From Octopus sinensis (lineage: Eukaryota), in assembly GCF_006345805.1 (NCBI RefSeq), contig NC_042997.1, positions 106,578,001 to 106,642,000 on the forward strand: a stretch of DNA of 64,000 nucleotides. The letters are read 5' to 3'. A model generated the notes under the pieces. That model made no database searches. It was not told the DNA's origin and worked only from the letters and a program-made list of their open reading frames with translations. The position numbers and the translations under genes were made by a program. Below are positions 11,783 to 23,028 of the stretch, in pieces. Each line of letters opens with the position of its first letter. Positions within the stretch are counted from its first letter, which is position 1.

Positions 11783-12233
11783 TGTTATCCACGATAGTCT
11801 TGACTCAACGTAATAATAAATAAATGCGCCCTTTTAAAGCCTAGCTAGGCTCATGGGCCCGGTTTCCCGGTTTCTATGGCGTATGTGTTCCCCAGCTGGA
11901 CGGGACGCCAGTCCATCGCAGCATTACTTATTTTTGTCAGCTGAGTGGACTGGAGCAACGAGAAATGGTGTTTTTTGCTCAAGAACACAACGCGTCGCCC
12001 GGTCTAGGAATCGAAACCACAATCTAACGATCATGATGCTGACACCCTAACTACTAAGCCACGCGCCTCCACTTGACTCAACGTACGTTATTCCAAATAG
12101 CTGTTCTCTCTCTTCCTTCCCTGTCAAATGTGCATGCTCTCTGTATCAAGGGAAGTCACTCGAATCCTAGCACAATTTGCATAACAGTTACAAATCGCTA
12201 TTATAAATTGAGCAACGTATAATTTGCCTAACA
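11783..12233 (-). repeat. 3' LTR of the Gypsy element (about 178 bp after removing the SINE insertion)
   Basis: Minus strand starts TGTTAG after the PPT and ends ATAACA; interrupted by a SINE with TSD. Confidence 0.7.
11813..12071 (-). mobile_element. Full-length family C SINE with 14-bp TSD
   Basis: TSD cttgactcaacgta at 11799-11812 and 12072-12085; tRNA-like head, (attt)n tail. Confidence 0.93.
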
Positions 12234-12269
12234 TTCACTCCCTCCTAGAAAGAGAAAGAAAGAAAAAAA

Positions 12270-14530
12270 TCATAGATCAAGCCTTTCCGGGGCTTTCCGA
12301 ATCCTTTGAGATCGACGCAGCTGAGGGGATTCTTCTTTTTGTTCTTGACGGTTATCTCTTGGAGGCAAAGAAATTTCAGTTAGCTCTCTGTCTGGCTCTT
12401 GAGGGACAAATGTTTGGGTTAAGTTATCAGTTGGGTTAATCTTTCCTGGTGATGCCAATTGTTTTGTGGCTATTGTGGTTTCGCGACCGTCTGGGTAACG
12501 GACGTGAGCATATTGGGGGTTGACTTCGATTAAATCAACTTAGTCCATGATAGGGTCATACTTGTTAATGCGATTGTTCCTTTGAACAAGCACAGGTCCT
12601 GGGTTAAGAAGCCATGTCGGCATAGATGTTCCTGTTGCTGAATGTCTTTGACAGTTAAAAAGACGTTCATGAGGAGTGGCATTTGTGGACGTACAAAATA
12701 GAGATCTGATTGAATGTAACGCATCTGGAAGAACTGTTTCTAATGAAGATACTGGAAGGGCACTGGTTTTCAAAGAGCGTAGTACTGATTTCCAAATGAT
12801 ACCATTATATCTTTCTACTTGATTGTGCCTGAAGGGATTGTATGGTGTCATCCCACTCGTTGCAATGCCTTACTGAGGGGGCCATTCTCTCAAACTTGTA
12901 GACATAAAGGCAGTTCCACGATCGGAATGTACATAACTGGGCATGCTAAAGACTGAGAACAAGTCTGTAAGACACTTTATTACAATCTGAGCTGATGTGT
13001 CAGATACTGGATAACCAAACGGAAACCGAGAGTATTTGTCAATGATTGTTAGGAGATAAGGATGCTTCGTGGAAGGAATAGGACCTTTGAAATCGATGGA
13101 AATTCGCTCAAAAGGCTGTGTGGCCTTAATTAAGTTGAGTTTGGTTTATAATATTGTGGTTTCACCTCTTGACATATAGAGCAATTCCTATATATTTGTT
13201 TCACGTTCTCTAACGAATATGGAAGATTTCTACTGCGGACGGAATGATGAAGGTGTACTACATCAGATGGCACAGTGCTGCATGTAACTCATAACGTGAA
13301 TGTGAACTGATTGCTGAATAGCGTACCCTCGTGAATGCATCCGGAGCAATGTTGCTGGATCCTGAGCGATAGTGAATATCATGAGTATAGAGATAATGCA
13401 TCTCATAATTTTATCATTTTTAATTTTGCTCCTCACTTAATAATTATACATGAATGCAACAGAACGTTGATGAGTAGTTAATATAAAATGTCTACCTAGA
13501 AGAAAGTGACTCCAATGATAAATTGATTCAATAATTGCTTGGGCTTACTTTTCAACTGAGGAGTGGTACTGTTCGCTACCTTGTAGCATGCGAGAATGGA
13601 GTGCGATTCGTCTTCTATTTTGATTTAGTGTCGCAGATATAGCAAAATCTGAAGCATCTGTCTCAACAGTAAATGGAATGTTCTCATCTATTACTTGAAT
13701 GGCAGCATTGGCTAGTTCTACCTTTAATGACTCAAATGCTTTTACTTGTTGGCTGTTTAGAGGAAATTTTAGTATGTTATTGAGAGGAAATATTTTTTCA
13801 GAAAATTTTGGAGATCCACTTAACATAATAAGAAAACATACCATTTGTTTTAATGATTTCTGGTCAGTTGGTATAGAAAGACTGAGGAGTGGAGCAAACC
13901 TTTCTGGGTCAGAGCTGAAGATATTGTGTGAGATACGGTATCCAAGAAAGTCAAGAGTTGTTGATGAGTAAATGCATTTGCCTTCATTCATGATGAGTCC
14001 CACACTTTTTACTGCCGTTTCAAATTTTGATAAATTTTCATCGTGGTCATTTTGATCTTTCCCACATATGGTTAAATTGACTATCAATGGGAACGTATCT
14101 CACGAAATCGTCCATTATACGTTGGAAACATGCACTGCCGTTAGTTACTCCAAATGGCATCATAGTATAATGCCATAACTTACCATCAGCTTCAAAGACA
14201 GTGAGTTGATGGTCTTTCTCTGATAGAGGAATCTAATGGTATGCTGAACGTAAGTCTATAGTAATGTAGACTTTATACTTGGCCATAGTGTTCACTAACT
14301 CATCAATTTTAGGAAGACGGTAGGCCACAAGCTGTGTATATTTGTTAATCGTCTCTGAGTAATCAATCACCATTCTTCACTTTTTTTTTCTTTTTTTTTT
14401 TTTTTGAACAAGTAGCACTTGCGATCTCCAAGTTACTAATAATGTTCGCATCTACTTCTGCCCTGATGAACTTTCGATCACGTTCCGAGTATTTTCGCGA
14501 TTTGGCTGCAATAGGTTTACAGTCAGCCTT
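12270..14530 (-). pseudogene. pol: Gypsy pol remnant (RT, RNase H start, rve integrase), many stops and frameshifts
   Basis: KPIAAKSRKYS, RMVIDYS-like, PFGVTN, FLGYRI, FTVETDASDFA, PFERISIDFKGP, HSDRG, HNQVERYNG, C-terminal LRRSQRIRKAPERLDL. Confidence 0.93.
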
Positions 14531-14559
14531 TTCACAAATTTCCTTCTCTATTGACTGAT

Positions 14560-15602
14560 CAGCAACTTTTTCCAATTGTTTATTTTTCAGGAATTGGTTT
14601 CTTTGATTGTACACGTCCAGCTCAACACTCACTGCAACAAAGTCACAGTCTTTCGCTAATATTTGGAGTTCGTGTAAGAACTAGTCTAGAGATTCCCCTG
14701 GTTTCTGTTTTCTTGTGGCTAAAAGATGGCGTGCCATTACGATGTTCTTTGGTTTAATGTACACACTTTTTAGTGTATTCACAGCTTGTTCGTAGTTCTT
14801 AGCTTCACTGATGAATTTGTATACGTTCAGTTCCACATAATTAATCAAAAGATTGAGTTTATCGATAATCCTACTGAAACGAACTTAGTGTGAAGGTCTT
14901 ATCTTGTACTTTCGGGGTACAAGAAAGCAACCACTCACTAGCCGTTGCTTTAATAATCCAGAATTCTACTAGTCAGAAACAACAAGACGCAGACGTAAAA
15001 TATACATATAACTACTTTATTCTCTTTCTTGGTAAACAATAACAATAAGTGTGTTATCTGATGTCCTTGATTCTGGGCGCGCAAGGCTGAAAGTTAATAG
15101 ATTGTAATATTTACAATCTTCAGCCCAAAAACAGAAAGGGGTCAAGATGGCGTCGAACAGGGAAGTTGAATGTGGTCGGCAACAATTTGGTTAAAGCCCT
15201 TTTGGTAAAGGACTGCTAGAATCAGTTCGAACGGAGAGAATATATGCATGACCGCCGCCGTCAATCGCTGGGTCCCAAGTCGCCCCTTGCTGCTGCTAGT
15301 GGTCAAACGTTCTACGGCCCCCTTGCCTCGCTAACTGCTACGTAGGCAATAGGGTTCTTCTTCCGGTGCTTCGCGCATGCGCGAGAGGGCCCTTCCTCTC
15401 ACTTGGTGAAGGCACCAACACGCGCGAAATACAAATGGACAGTGCGCGAGCGCGCGCCGTTGTAGGATCACTACATTACCTTCCTGCCTAGTAGTGAGTC
15501 TATAAAGTTGGTGAAAGTTCTAAACCATTGATTAAAAGTTTTATCAGCATTTGTGGAATTTGGGTCTACATTCAATCTGTCAGATTTCAAGTATCTTTCC
15601 AT
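14560..15602 (-). pseudogene. gag: Gypsy gag remnant split by a solo LTR
   Basis: MERYLKSDRLNVDPNSTNADKTFNQWFRTFTNFIDSL (15602 to about 15490) resumes as DKLNLLINYVELNVYKFISEAKNYEQAVNTLKSVYIKPKNIVMARH below 14870. Confidence 0.8.
14889..15475 (-). mobile_element. Solo LTR (587 bp) of a second LTR element inserted in gag
   Basis: TGT...ACA termini; 4-bp flanks ttag/ttac (1 mismatch); minus-strand AATAAA; interrupts gag. Confidence 0.72.
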
Positions 15603-15974
15603 ATAAATTGAATAACGTATAATTTGCATAATGATAATGAAATATTCCAAGCGCAAAATTTCAATTATAGGATTTTTCTTTTGTGTGCTTGGCTGCCAAG
15701 GTCAATTTCTGTTCGAATTGATTTCATATACAGTGTAATGATACACTTTTACATGCTAATTAATGCCATGAAAATCATTTTTGCCATAAATCAATCAATA
15801 AAGAGTTATTAGCTATTAAAGTTTGAAAATTTTGGGTAATTTTAGCCAATCGTAAGCCATAGACACATTCATGCCTGTTTCCATCTTAACAAGCCAAACA
15901 TAAGAACTCTTGTCTACAAGAAAGTACGTATTAACTATGTTCCAGTTGTCATATGCGCCAAAAATAGCAGCCAA

Positions 15975-16380
15975 ATAGGCCTTAAGTCATGTACCAGAGG
16001 AGGATGCGATTTCGTACTTGCAAGAAAAGGGTGGTATATCCAAAATAAAATTATGCAAAACAAAGAAACATTTTTATGAGTACAAGAAAAGTGGTGGGAA
16101 TATGTATTGACGATGCACACGCCAAGGATGCATGGAGTCTGTGTCAGTGAAGAAAGACACATGGTTTGAAGATGGCACCCTTCCTTTTAGGGCTGTAGTG
16201 TTTTTCCTTTACTCATGGGTTAAGGAATTGACTTCAGTCCAGTTTTGTGCTTGAAGAACTGGAGATGAGCCATTGCACAGCAGTTGTTTATAATAGCTCT
16301 GCTAGGTAAGTATGTGTGGAGGACTGCTCCGCTATCCAGTTAAGGTTGTTGGTCATGTGAAGATTGTTGAGTTGTTTGTT
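15975..16380 (+). pseudogene. Merlin (IS1016/ISXO2-like) transposase N-terminal remnant
   Basis: Translates with breaks to AISYLQEKG..SVKKDTWFEDGTLPFRAV..YSWVKELTSVQFC..YPVKVVGHVKIVE, resembling the Merlin RKGTWFE..GGPGKIVEIDES region. Confidence 0.65.
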
Positions 16381-16536
16381 TTTAAAAAGATATTTAAATT
16401 GTAATGTATTATTTTGTTTTTGGATAAATCTTTTACGTTTGTGCTATAAATTTCTTATTTTGAGAAATATTTAATTTGTAACGTGTTGTTTATCGTGTTA
16501 AATACATATTGAAAGCTTAAAACTACAAAATACGTG

Positions 16537-16951
16537 GGATCTTTTCGGTTTGAACGGCAGTTTTTCTAGCGGTGTCATATGAAATTGTCACCCATAATTA
16601 TGTCCCTAGTATCGATCTATAGCATTTCAATCTGTTTTAGAGTTAGGGTTAGGGGTGGGGGAAGGGTATCTTTTTTTTCTTCACAAATGTAAATAAATCC
16701 AATCTGTTTCTTAAACGAGGGACATATTCATACCGCACAGAATGTTTTCACCTCAATAGACGTTATTGATTGGTTGAAATTGCAGAAATTGAAGAAAAAA
16801 ACAACAAATATCTTACAAACTATAGAATTTTCTCAATAAAGCCAAGAGAAAAAGATGTTTTATAAACACATTCTACCAGTATACGAAGTTTAAAAGTGTT
16901 TAGTTGCGTGGAAATTATTTTTAAAAACTGCCGTTCAAACCGAAAAGATCC
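16537..16951. mobile_element. Young MITE, 29-bp perfect TIR, 8-bp TSD (Merlin-type ends)
   Basis: ggatcttttcggtttgaacggcagttttt / aaaaactgccgttcaaaccgaaaagatcc; TSD aatacgtg at 16529-16536 and 16952-16959. Confidence 0.92.
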
Positions 16952-18323
16952 AATACGTGTTGTCTACTGGTTTTTTTTTTTGGGGGGGGGGGGGGGGGTT
17001 GTCATTGAGGTTGTTGTGAGATGTGCTAAAAATAACAGCTAAATAGGCCTTAAATCACGCAGCTTCACAATGTTGTTTTTTTTTTTTGCATAATAATATG
17101 AAGTCTCATGTGTAGAATACAAATTCGCAAAAATTTCCTGAAAATTAAAAAAAAATTCAAAAGTTATGAGGGGTTATATGTCGTGCGTAATTCATTTGTT
17201 TACGGTTTCATCTAAAAACACAAGTGCAGTTTTCAAGATATTGACAAAATGTGCAGTCACATACAAAATGACAGCTTCCAAATCCTGTTTCCAGACTGAG
17301 TGAAAATAATCAAACTTTAAACCTCTACAACTTTTTTCTTTTAATTTCTGGAATAAGTGAAATAACTCCAGCAATTCAGCTTGGAAAACTGCATAACTGT
17401 ACCAAATTTTAAATTTTTCAATAAACTTTTGACTTTTGAAATCTCTGCAGCCAAACAGAAAAGTTCCCACTTATACAGCATATCAGTGAAATATGAAATA
17501 AGACAGAATATGAGAAACGTAGGATGAGTCTTGTTGAATTATAGAATAAGTTATAGACTATACATAATAGCAGGAACTCCTACTGTAGTGGGAGTAGGTT
17601 GTCTTCCCAGAAAATAAAATCTAGGCAAAGTGATTCAGAAGATCAATGGATTCATGTACGCTAAAAGTAGCCTGCCGCCAGAAACGATGTGATCTCCCTA
17701 GACACAAGAAAAGACAATTGAACGTGTGATATGTCCAGAGGAAGAGGAAATATGCCGCTGGTTGTGGAAATAGCATTGTAAGCAACTTCTAAGTTTCTGA
17801 AATTCTTTCTTTCGAGAAGCTTGCAAATGATAAAAGAAAAGAAAAGAAAATTGTTTTCAATAATGATAAACGAAAAACGGGATATAGATTAAATAGTTAT
17901 ACTTGTGACTAAAAAACAGGTTTGAAGATTTCTTTGGAGTCAACGATATTTCAGCACTGAAATGCTTTCAACTCATTTATCAGAGATTCCAGTAACTTTG
18001 TTGATTGTTAGACACAACTGAAGAACAATGCTGACCACGTACGATTCTAGGGAAGACTACAGATCAACATGAAAGTTTGAACCTAGCACTGCCATTTAAT
18101 AAACTACTTGTCAATAATGCAGTGTCACCACTGCTCTCAGTAACGAGTTATTTCTTTCCAAAGTAATACTTCTCTGCAGTTAGATGGTTAGTCCATTTGA
18201 GAGTTTCGAGTGTCTTTGCCAGTGACACAACATTGCTTGTAACATGTCCCGAACTGGCTGGCTGTTAGTATTCTACAATGTCTAAGGAGTGTATTCTGCA
18301 GGCTGAGTTGAAATACTTTAAAG

Positions 18324-18869
18324 CAACAGTCCCCAACCTTTTTGCACTGCAGACCAGTTCCATGTGAGACAATGATTCCGCGGACCGGGGTATCACAAGC
18401 ATAACAAAATACAATAAAGTGCATAATATATAATTTAATTATTACACATATTAAGCAAATGTAATTATTCCATTGACTATTATGTCCTTTGTATCCACTA
18501 TTATTACAATGTAATATATAAACGACGATGATGATGATGACAATAAGGCGGTGAGCAAGCAAAATCATTGGCACACCGGGAAAAATGCTTTATGGCATTT
18601 CGCCTGTTTTTATATTCTGAGTTCAAGTACTACTGAGGTCTACTCTGACTTTCATCCCTTCGGTGTCAATAAAATAAGTACCAGTTGAGTACTGGGGTTG
18701 ATGTAATCGACTTATCCCCTCCCCTGACATTGTTGGTCTTGCGCCTAAATTTGAAATCAATACATATAATAGAACTTAAAAACTTTAAAATTTATTCTTT
18801 CTGTACGGTCCAGTACCAAATGACCCACAACCCGGTAGTGGTCCGCGTCCTGGTGGCCAGGAATCCCTG
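18324..18869. mobile_element. Old hAT (Charlie-like) MITE
   Basis: caacagtccccaacctttttgcactgcagaccag left end; ccggtagtggtccgcg..aatccctg right end. Confidence 0.6.
18546..18762 (+). mobile_element. SINE family B inserted in the hAT MITE
   Basis: gactttcatcccttcggtgtcaataaaataagtacc core shared with 35496 and 36955 copies. Confidence 0.8.
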
Positions 18870-19139
18870 TCTTAGGATCTCACATATTAAATATAGTAAG
18901 TTTTTAAAGAAAACTTCAATGAAGTGAGTTATCCATGAAAGTAGCAGACAAAAGCTTTAGTGGTGTTTACAGAAGCAAGAAAGACTTGAGGTTTTGGAAA
19001 GTAATTCATCGATTCGGCAAATGGATATAGATAACATGAGTACCCCAGAATTAAGAGCAACTAATCATTTGAAGATGGTACCCCAGGATAGTCGCAGTCC
19101 AATGTCTGAAACAAGATAGAGTATAAAAGCATATGAACA

Positions 19140-19480
19140 AAGTGGTTGTTGGGTAAGAAGTTTGTGTAGCACTATAGGCAAGTGTCTTCTACTATAGCCT
19201 TGAGCCAACCAAAGCTTTGTGAATGGACTTCATTGACGGAAACTGAAAGAAGCCCATCGTATATATCTGCATATGTTTATATCTGTGTGTGTGTGTGTGT
19301 ATGTATCCCACCCCCATAAAAACTGTGTTAACGTCTCCATAACCTAGCGGTTCGGCAAAAGGGACCAATATGATAAGTGCTAGGCTTCAGAAATAATAGG
19401 GTTGATTTGTTCGACTAAAACCCTAGAAGGCTATGCTCCAGCATGAACTCAATCAAATGATTGAAACAAGTAAAAGAATA
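19140..19480 (+). mobile_element. SINE family A, decayed full length
   Basis: ggcaagtgtcttctactatagcc..gaaactgaaagaagcccatcgtatat..ctccagcatg..gaaacaagtaaaagaata. Confidence 0.85.
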
Positions 19481-19922
19481 AACAAAGAAATGCTTATGCA
19501 ATGACTCATCCTGCTAGAAATACCAGCTAAATCTCCTTCAAATCCCATTTTACAATCTTTAAAGAAAGAGAGGTCATATTTAAATAATATAACCCTAGTT
19601 ATATTATGTCTAACAAAAAATAGATGGGCTTGTCATGGCTGGAACACTTAAGTTCAGTCTTAACAAGAGTATTAATACATTTGCCTTTTATTTATTATCT
19701 TGTTAAAATTTATTGCTTCACTTCACAAATTTATTGTCTCTCCTCAAATTTATTGTCTCTTCTCAAATATACATAGTCTCTTTAACTCAAGTACTTTTTA
19801 CCCAGTTACTACGGTTTATTTCTTGTCTTTACATTTTACATAATTATTTAAAGTGGTTATTCGACTTTGCTAGAAGCATCAGCCAAATCTTCAAATTGTA
19901 CATAGATACATACATACATACA

Positions 19923-19953
<31 letters not shown>

Positions 19954-20039
19954 CCACATACTGTGGCCTGCAATATCTTTAATAAAATGCAACTTTAATT
20001 TTACTTGTAATTATTTCATGAAAAAAATTATCAAAAAGG

Positions 20040-20640
20040 AAAGTGAATGAAAGTTTGATTCAGTATTTTGAAAGCCCTTCTCTAACTAATATCTGTCTTT
20101 CTCTCATAAACATGGCTTTGATAAAAATCCCCAATGACAAACCAGTCCATGATTTTCATTCTTCGGTCAATGTTTCTTTTAGGTCTAAAATTGATGTCAT
20201 TTTCAACAATCTTACTCACAATTTTCTATCAAGATATTTCCGCAAGTGTTGCTTTCAGGGATTTAAGCAACACACCTTTGAGATTCATGATTGAACCCAT
20301 AGCAGATTTATTAATTGTTTTCTCCCTGGTTACAAGCATAAAGTAGATATCTTATTGTTGAGTTAATGGAGGGAAAGAGCTGTAGGTGATAGAAACGGTG
20401 GATTGTTACATTGACCATACTCCTCTCTTAAACATGGGTTATGTATAACTAGAATCCTCAAGCCCACAGCTACAAATGCTAGGTCTCAGCATTACGAGGA
20501 TCACTCCTGGTGAACTTTAATCCACAACACAACAAAGACAACATCGCAAAACTGTTCTTCCTCTTCATTGCCAGAAAATACTTCAGTACAGCCCAATGGC
20601 AGTGTTACTCCCACATCTAGGCCAAATCCCAACAAAAAAG
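20040..20640 (-). pseudogene. Highly decayed AP-endonuclease region of an RTE-like LINE
   Basis: Fragments such as EEEEQFCDVV and TYACNQGE resemble RTE APE motifs; many stops and frameshifts. Confidence 0.4.
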
Positions 20641-21279
20641 GCCATACAGTATGTCTAGCCCAAATGTTCACTGTATCATCTCTCTCTCACACATATACAC
20701 TCACACTCTCTCACACACATACACACACTCACTCACTCCTGACCTTTCTCTCTCTACCTGTTCTACATCTACAGTGGCTCCTATTTCTCAAAGCTGGTTC
20801 AACTTCCACCCATACACTCCTAAATCTGTCAGTTCTCCTCCTTTCACCCCCATATTGTATACCCCACCTCCCAGACTCCACATTAACTCCTTTACCTGTT
20901 TCTTCCACCTTCACAAAATGTGAACCTCTGGGATTCCTTCTCTGTCCATGTTTTTCTTACAGTCGTCAATTTGCAACTATTCAAAATGAACATTAACGGT
21001 GTAAGAGCACCTCAAAGGTTGTGAGCATAGCTTCTTCTTCCAAAACAAGTAAACCCATAAAAAAGAAATATGAAATAATTTGAAGCATCTCTCATCTTCT
21101 GTGTTTAAGAGTCACTAAGATCGACGCAGCAGTTCATTAGATGAACGAGAGGTGTCGTTGACAATATATTCTCTGTTAGAAATTTGACTGCAACTGAGTA
21201 CAGAATTTTTGCCTCATATAATCAGTATAGGCCATTTTTTTTTTTTAATCAATATAAACAACAAAAGTATGATACACTA

Positions 21280-21596
21280 GCTTGGCACTCCGTCGGTTAC
21301 GACGACAGGGGTTCCAGTTAACCTGATCAATGGAACAGCCTTAGCATGCAAGTGACTGAGCACTCCACAGACATGTGTACCCTTATAATGTAGTTCTCAG
21401 GGAGATTCAGCATGACACAGAATGTGACAAGACTGACCCTTTGAAATACAGGTATTACTCATTTTTGCCAGCTGAATGTATTGGAGCAGCGTGAAGTAAA
21501 TTGTCTTGTTCAAGGACACAATACATCACCGGGAATTGAACTCACAACCTTACAATTGTGAGCCGAATGCCCTAACCACTAAGCCACATGCTTTCA
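21280..21596 (-). mobile_element. SINE family C
   Basis: Reverse complement gtggcttagtggttagggcattcggctcacaattg..gtgtccttgaacaagac..ttcagctggcaaaaatgag. Confidence 0.8.
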
Positions 21597-21859
21597 CAGT
21601 ATGATACAATAGTAGTAATATTTGACTCACTAGTTACTACAAATTCATTTTCTTCGTCGTAAGCCCCTCACTCCCTATGCAGCAAAAGGCCATCGATAAC
21701 TTTTCTCAACTCTGGGCTATCTTTTCCATTTCTCCCAACTTAGATCTCTTCTTTTTCGACCTTACATTTTCCTTTGGGACTTTGCTGCACCACATCATAT
21801 TATCCAGGGAGAAGACTTTCTTTTCCTTAGTCTTATTGATTTTGATGCTTCTGTAACTT

Positions 21860-22075
21860 AACTCTTTTCTAGGTAGAAATGTTGGCCCTACGTAAACCCA
21901 TTTTTACCTCTGGGAAGTGGAAGTCAATATTAATCTTGCCTATATCCTTTGACCTGTCAAGCATGGGACATTCTACCTGAACCTTACACTCCTCTGGCAT
22001 AGCTCTCAGAGTCATTGAGGCATATAAGCCACCACACCACAACAAAGACTGGACCTTGTGGTGGCTACAAACACA
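21860..22075 (-). mobile_element. Possible RTE-clade LINE 5' UTR fragment
   Basis: gcctcaatgactctgagagctatgcc..cccatgc..gacaggtcaaagg resembles RTE 5' ends as I recall them. Confidence 0.4.
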
Positions 22076-23028
22076 CAGTAACAATTAATTAAGTGGTCGT
22101 TCACCCAAGAAAAAGAATAACAATAAAGTAAGTGATATGTTTGTTTACTCGATAAAACTACCAGTTTTTATCATCAATATCTCGCTTATAAACACATGTT
22201 AAATTTTGTAGAACTGGGAGAAATAACACCTATGCTGATTATACAAACTATCGAGAGAACCTCTGCACTGTCAATCGATTTGTTTTGTATGGTTTTAAAT
22301 GGCAGTAAAATCTCAGTCAAATCAGGCCCTATTCGCTTAGATAAAGTAACGACATGTTTTATCAGTGGGTTTCAAATGGTGCTTTGAAAGCCATAACTAG
22401 TTGTATCCTGGTTTCAAAGAATATGAGTTAAGACCATAGAAAATCTAAATTAACACTTGAGAGTCTTGAATAACCTGTTATTGATGACTTTTTTCTACAC
22501 ATATAGAATTAGTAAAAGAAAGTAAACAATAAATAGCAATTTCATTTTGCACTTGAAATACAACAAAATTTTTTTCAGTTTATCTCTTGTGCACTGTGAA
22601 GACAAAAAATGGCCAAGAACCACTCCCTTAGCTAATGTAGTCATAAATATCTCTTTAAAGATGGAATGGTCACAGGTGGAAATACCTTTCATTATAAGTT
22701 TATTCAACTGGGCCTGAGTAACAACAGGAATCCACGAGCTAGTGAAGCTATGAGCCAACGAATTTTCAAACCTCTATGTTGATGAACAACTTGCTATAAA
22801 AACTAGACAAACTTCCCATAATTACAAGTCCAACAAAGTTAAATAAAGAAGAATACATTGGACAATAAAGTCTCAGATATACATACACAAAGAAGGGAAG
22901 CTCACAGTTGGAACATCTTTGATCATAGATCTACTCAATGAAGGTTGACCTGAAGTTAGACAACAACATTATGACACTATGAAAACAATTATCCTACACT
23001 GGTCCCAATCATTTTTAATTTATATACT

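Larger units (their letters stand above)
11783..15633 (-). mobile_element. Decayed Ty3/Gypsy LTR retrotransposon
   Basis: Order gag-(PR missing)-RT-RNaseH-IN; polypurine tract aggagggagtgaa directly followed by TGTTA-starting LTR. Confidence 0.93.

Noticed and set aside
14895-14990. Hammerhead in the solo LTR (hairpin cttgtac..gtacaag with GAAA)
   Set aside because: No CUGANGA in the required position.
16640-16660. TTAGGG telomeric repeat
   Set aside because: Only two units, internal to a MITE; not an interstitial telomere array.
17192-17470. AVFQAELL as a LINE RNase H motif
   Set aside because: One short motif with no other RNase H residues recognisable.
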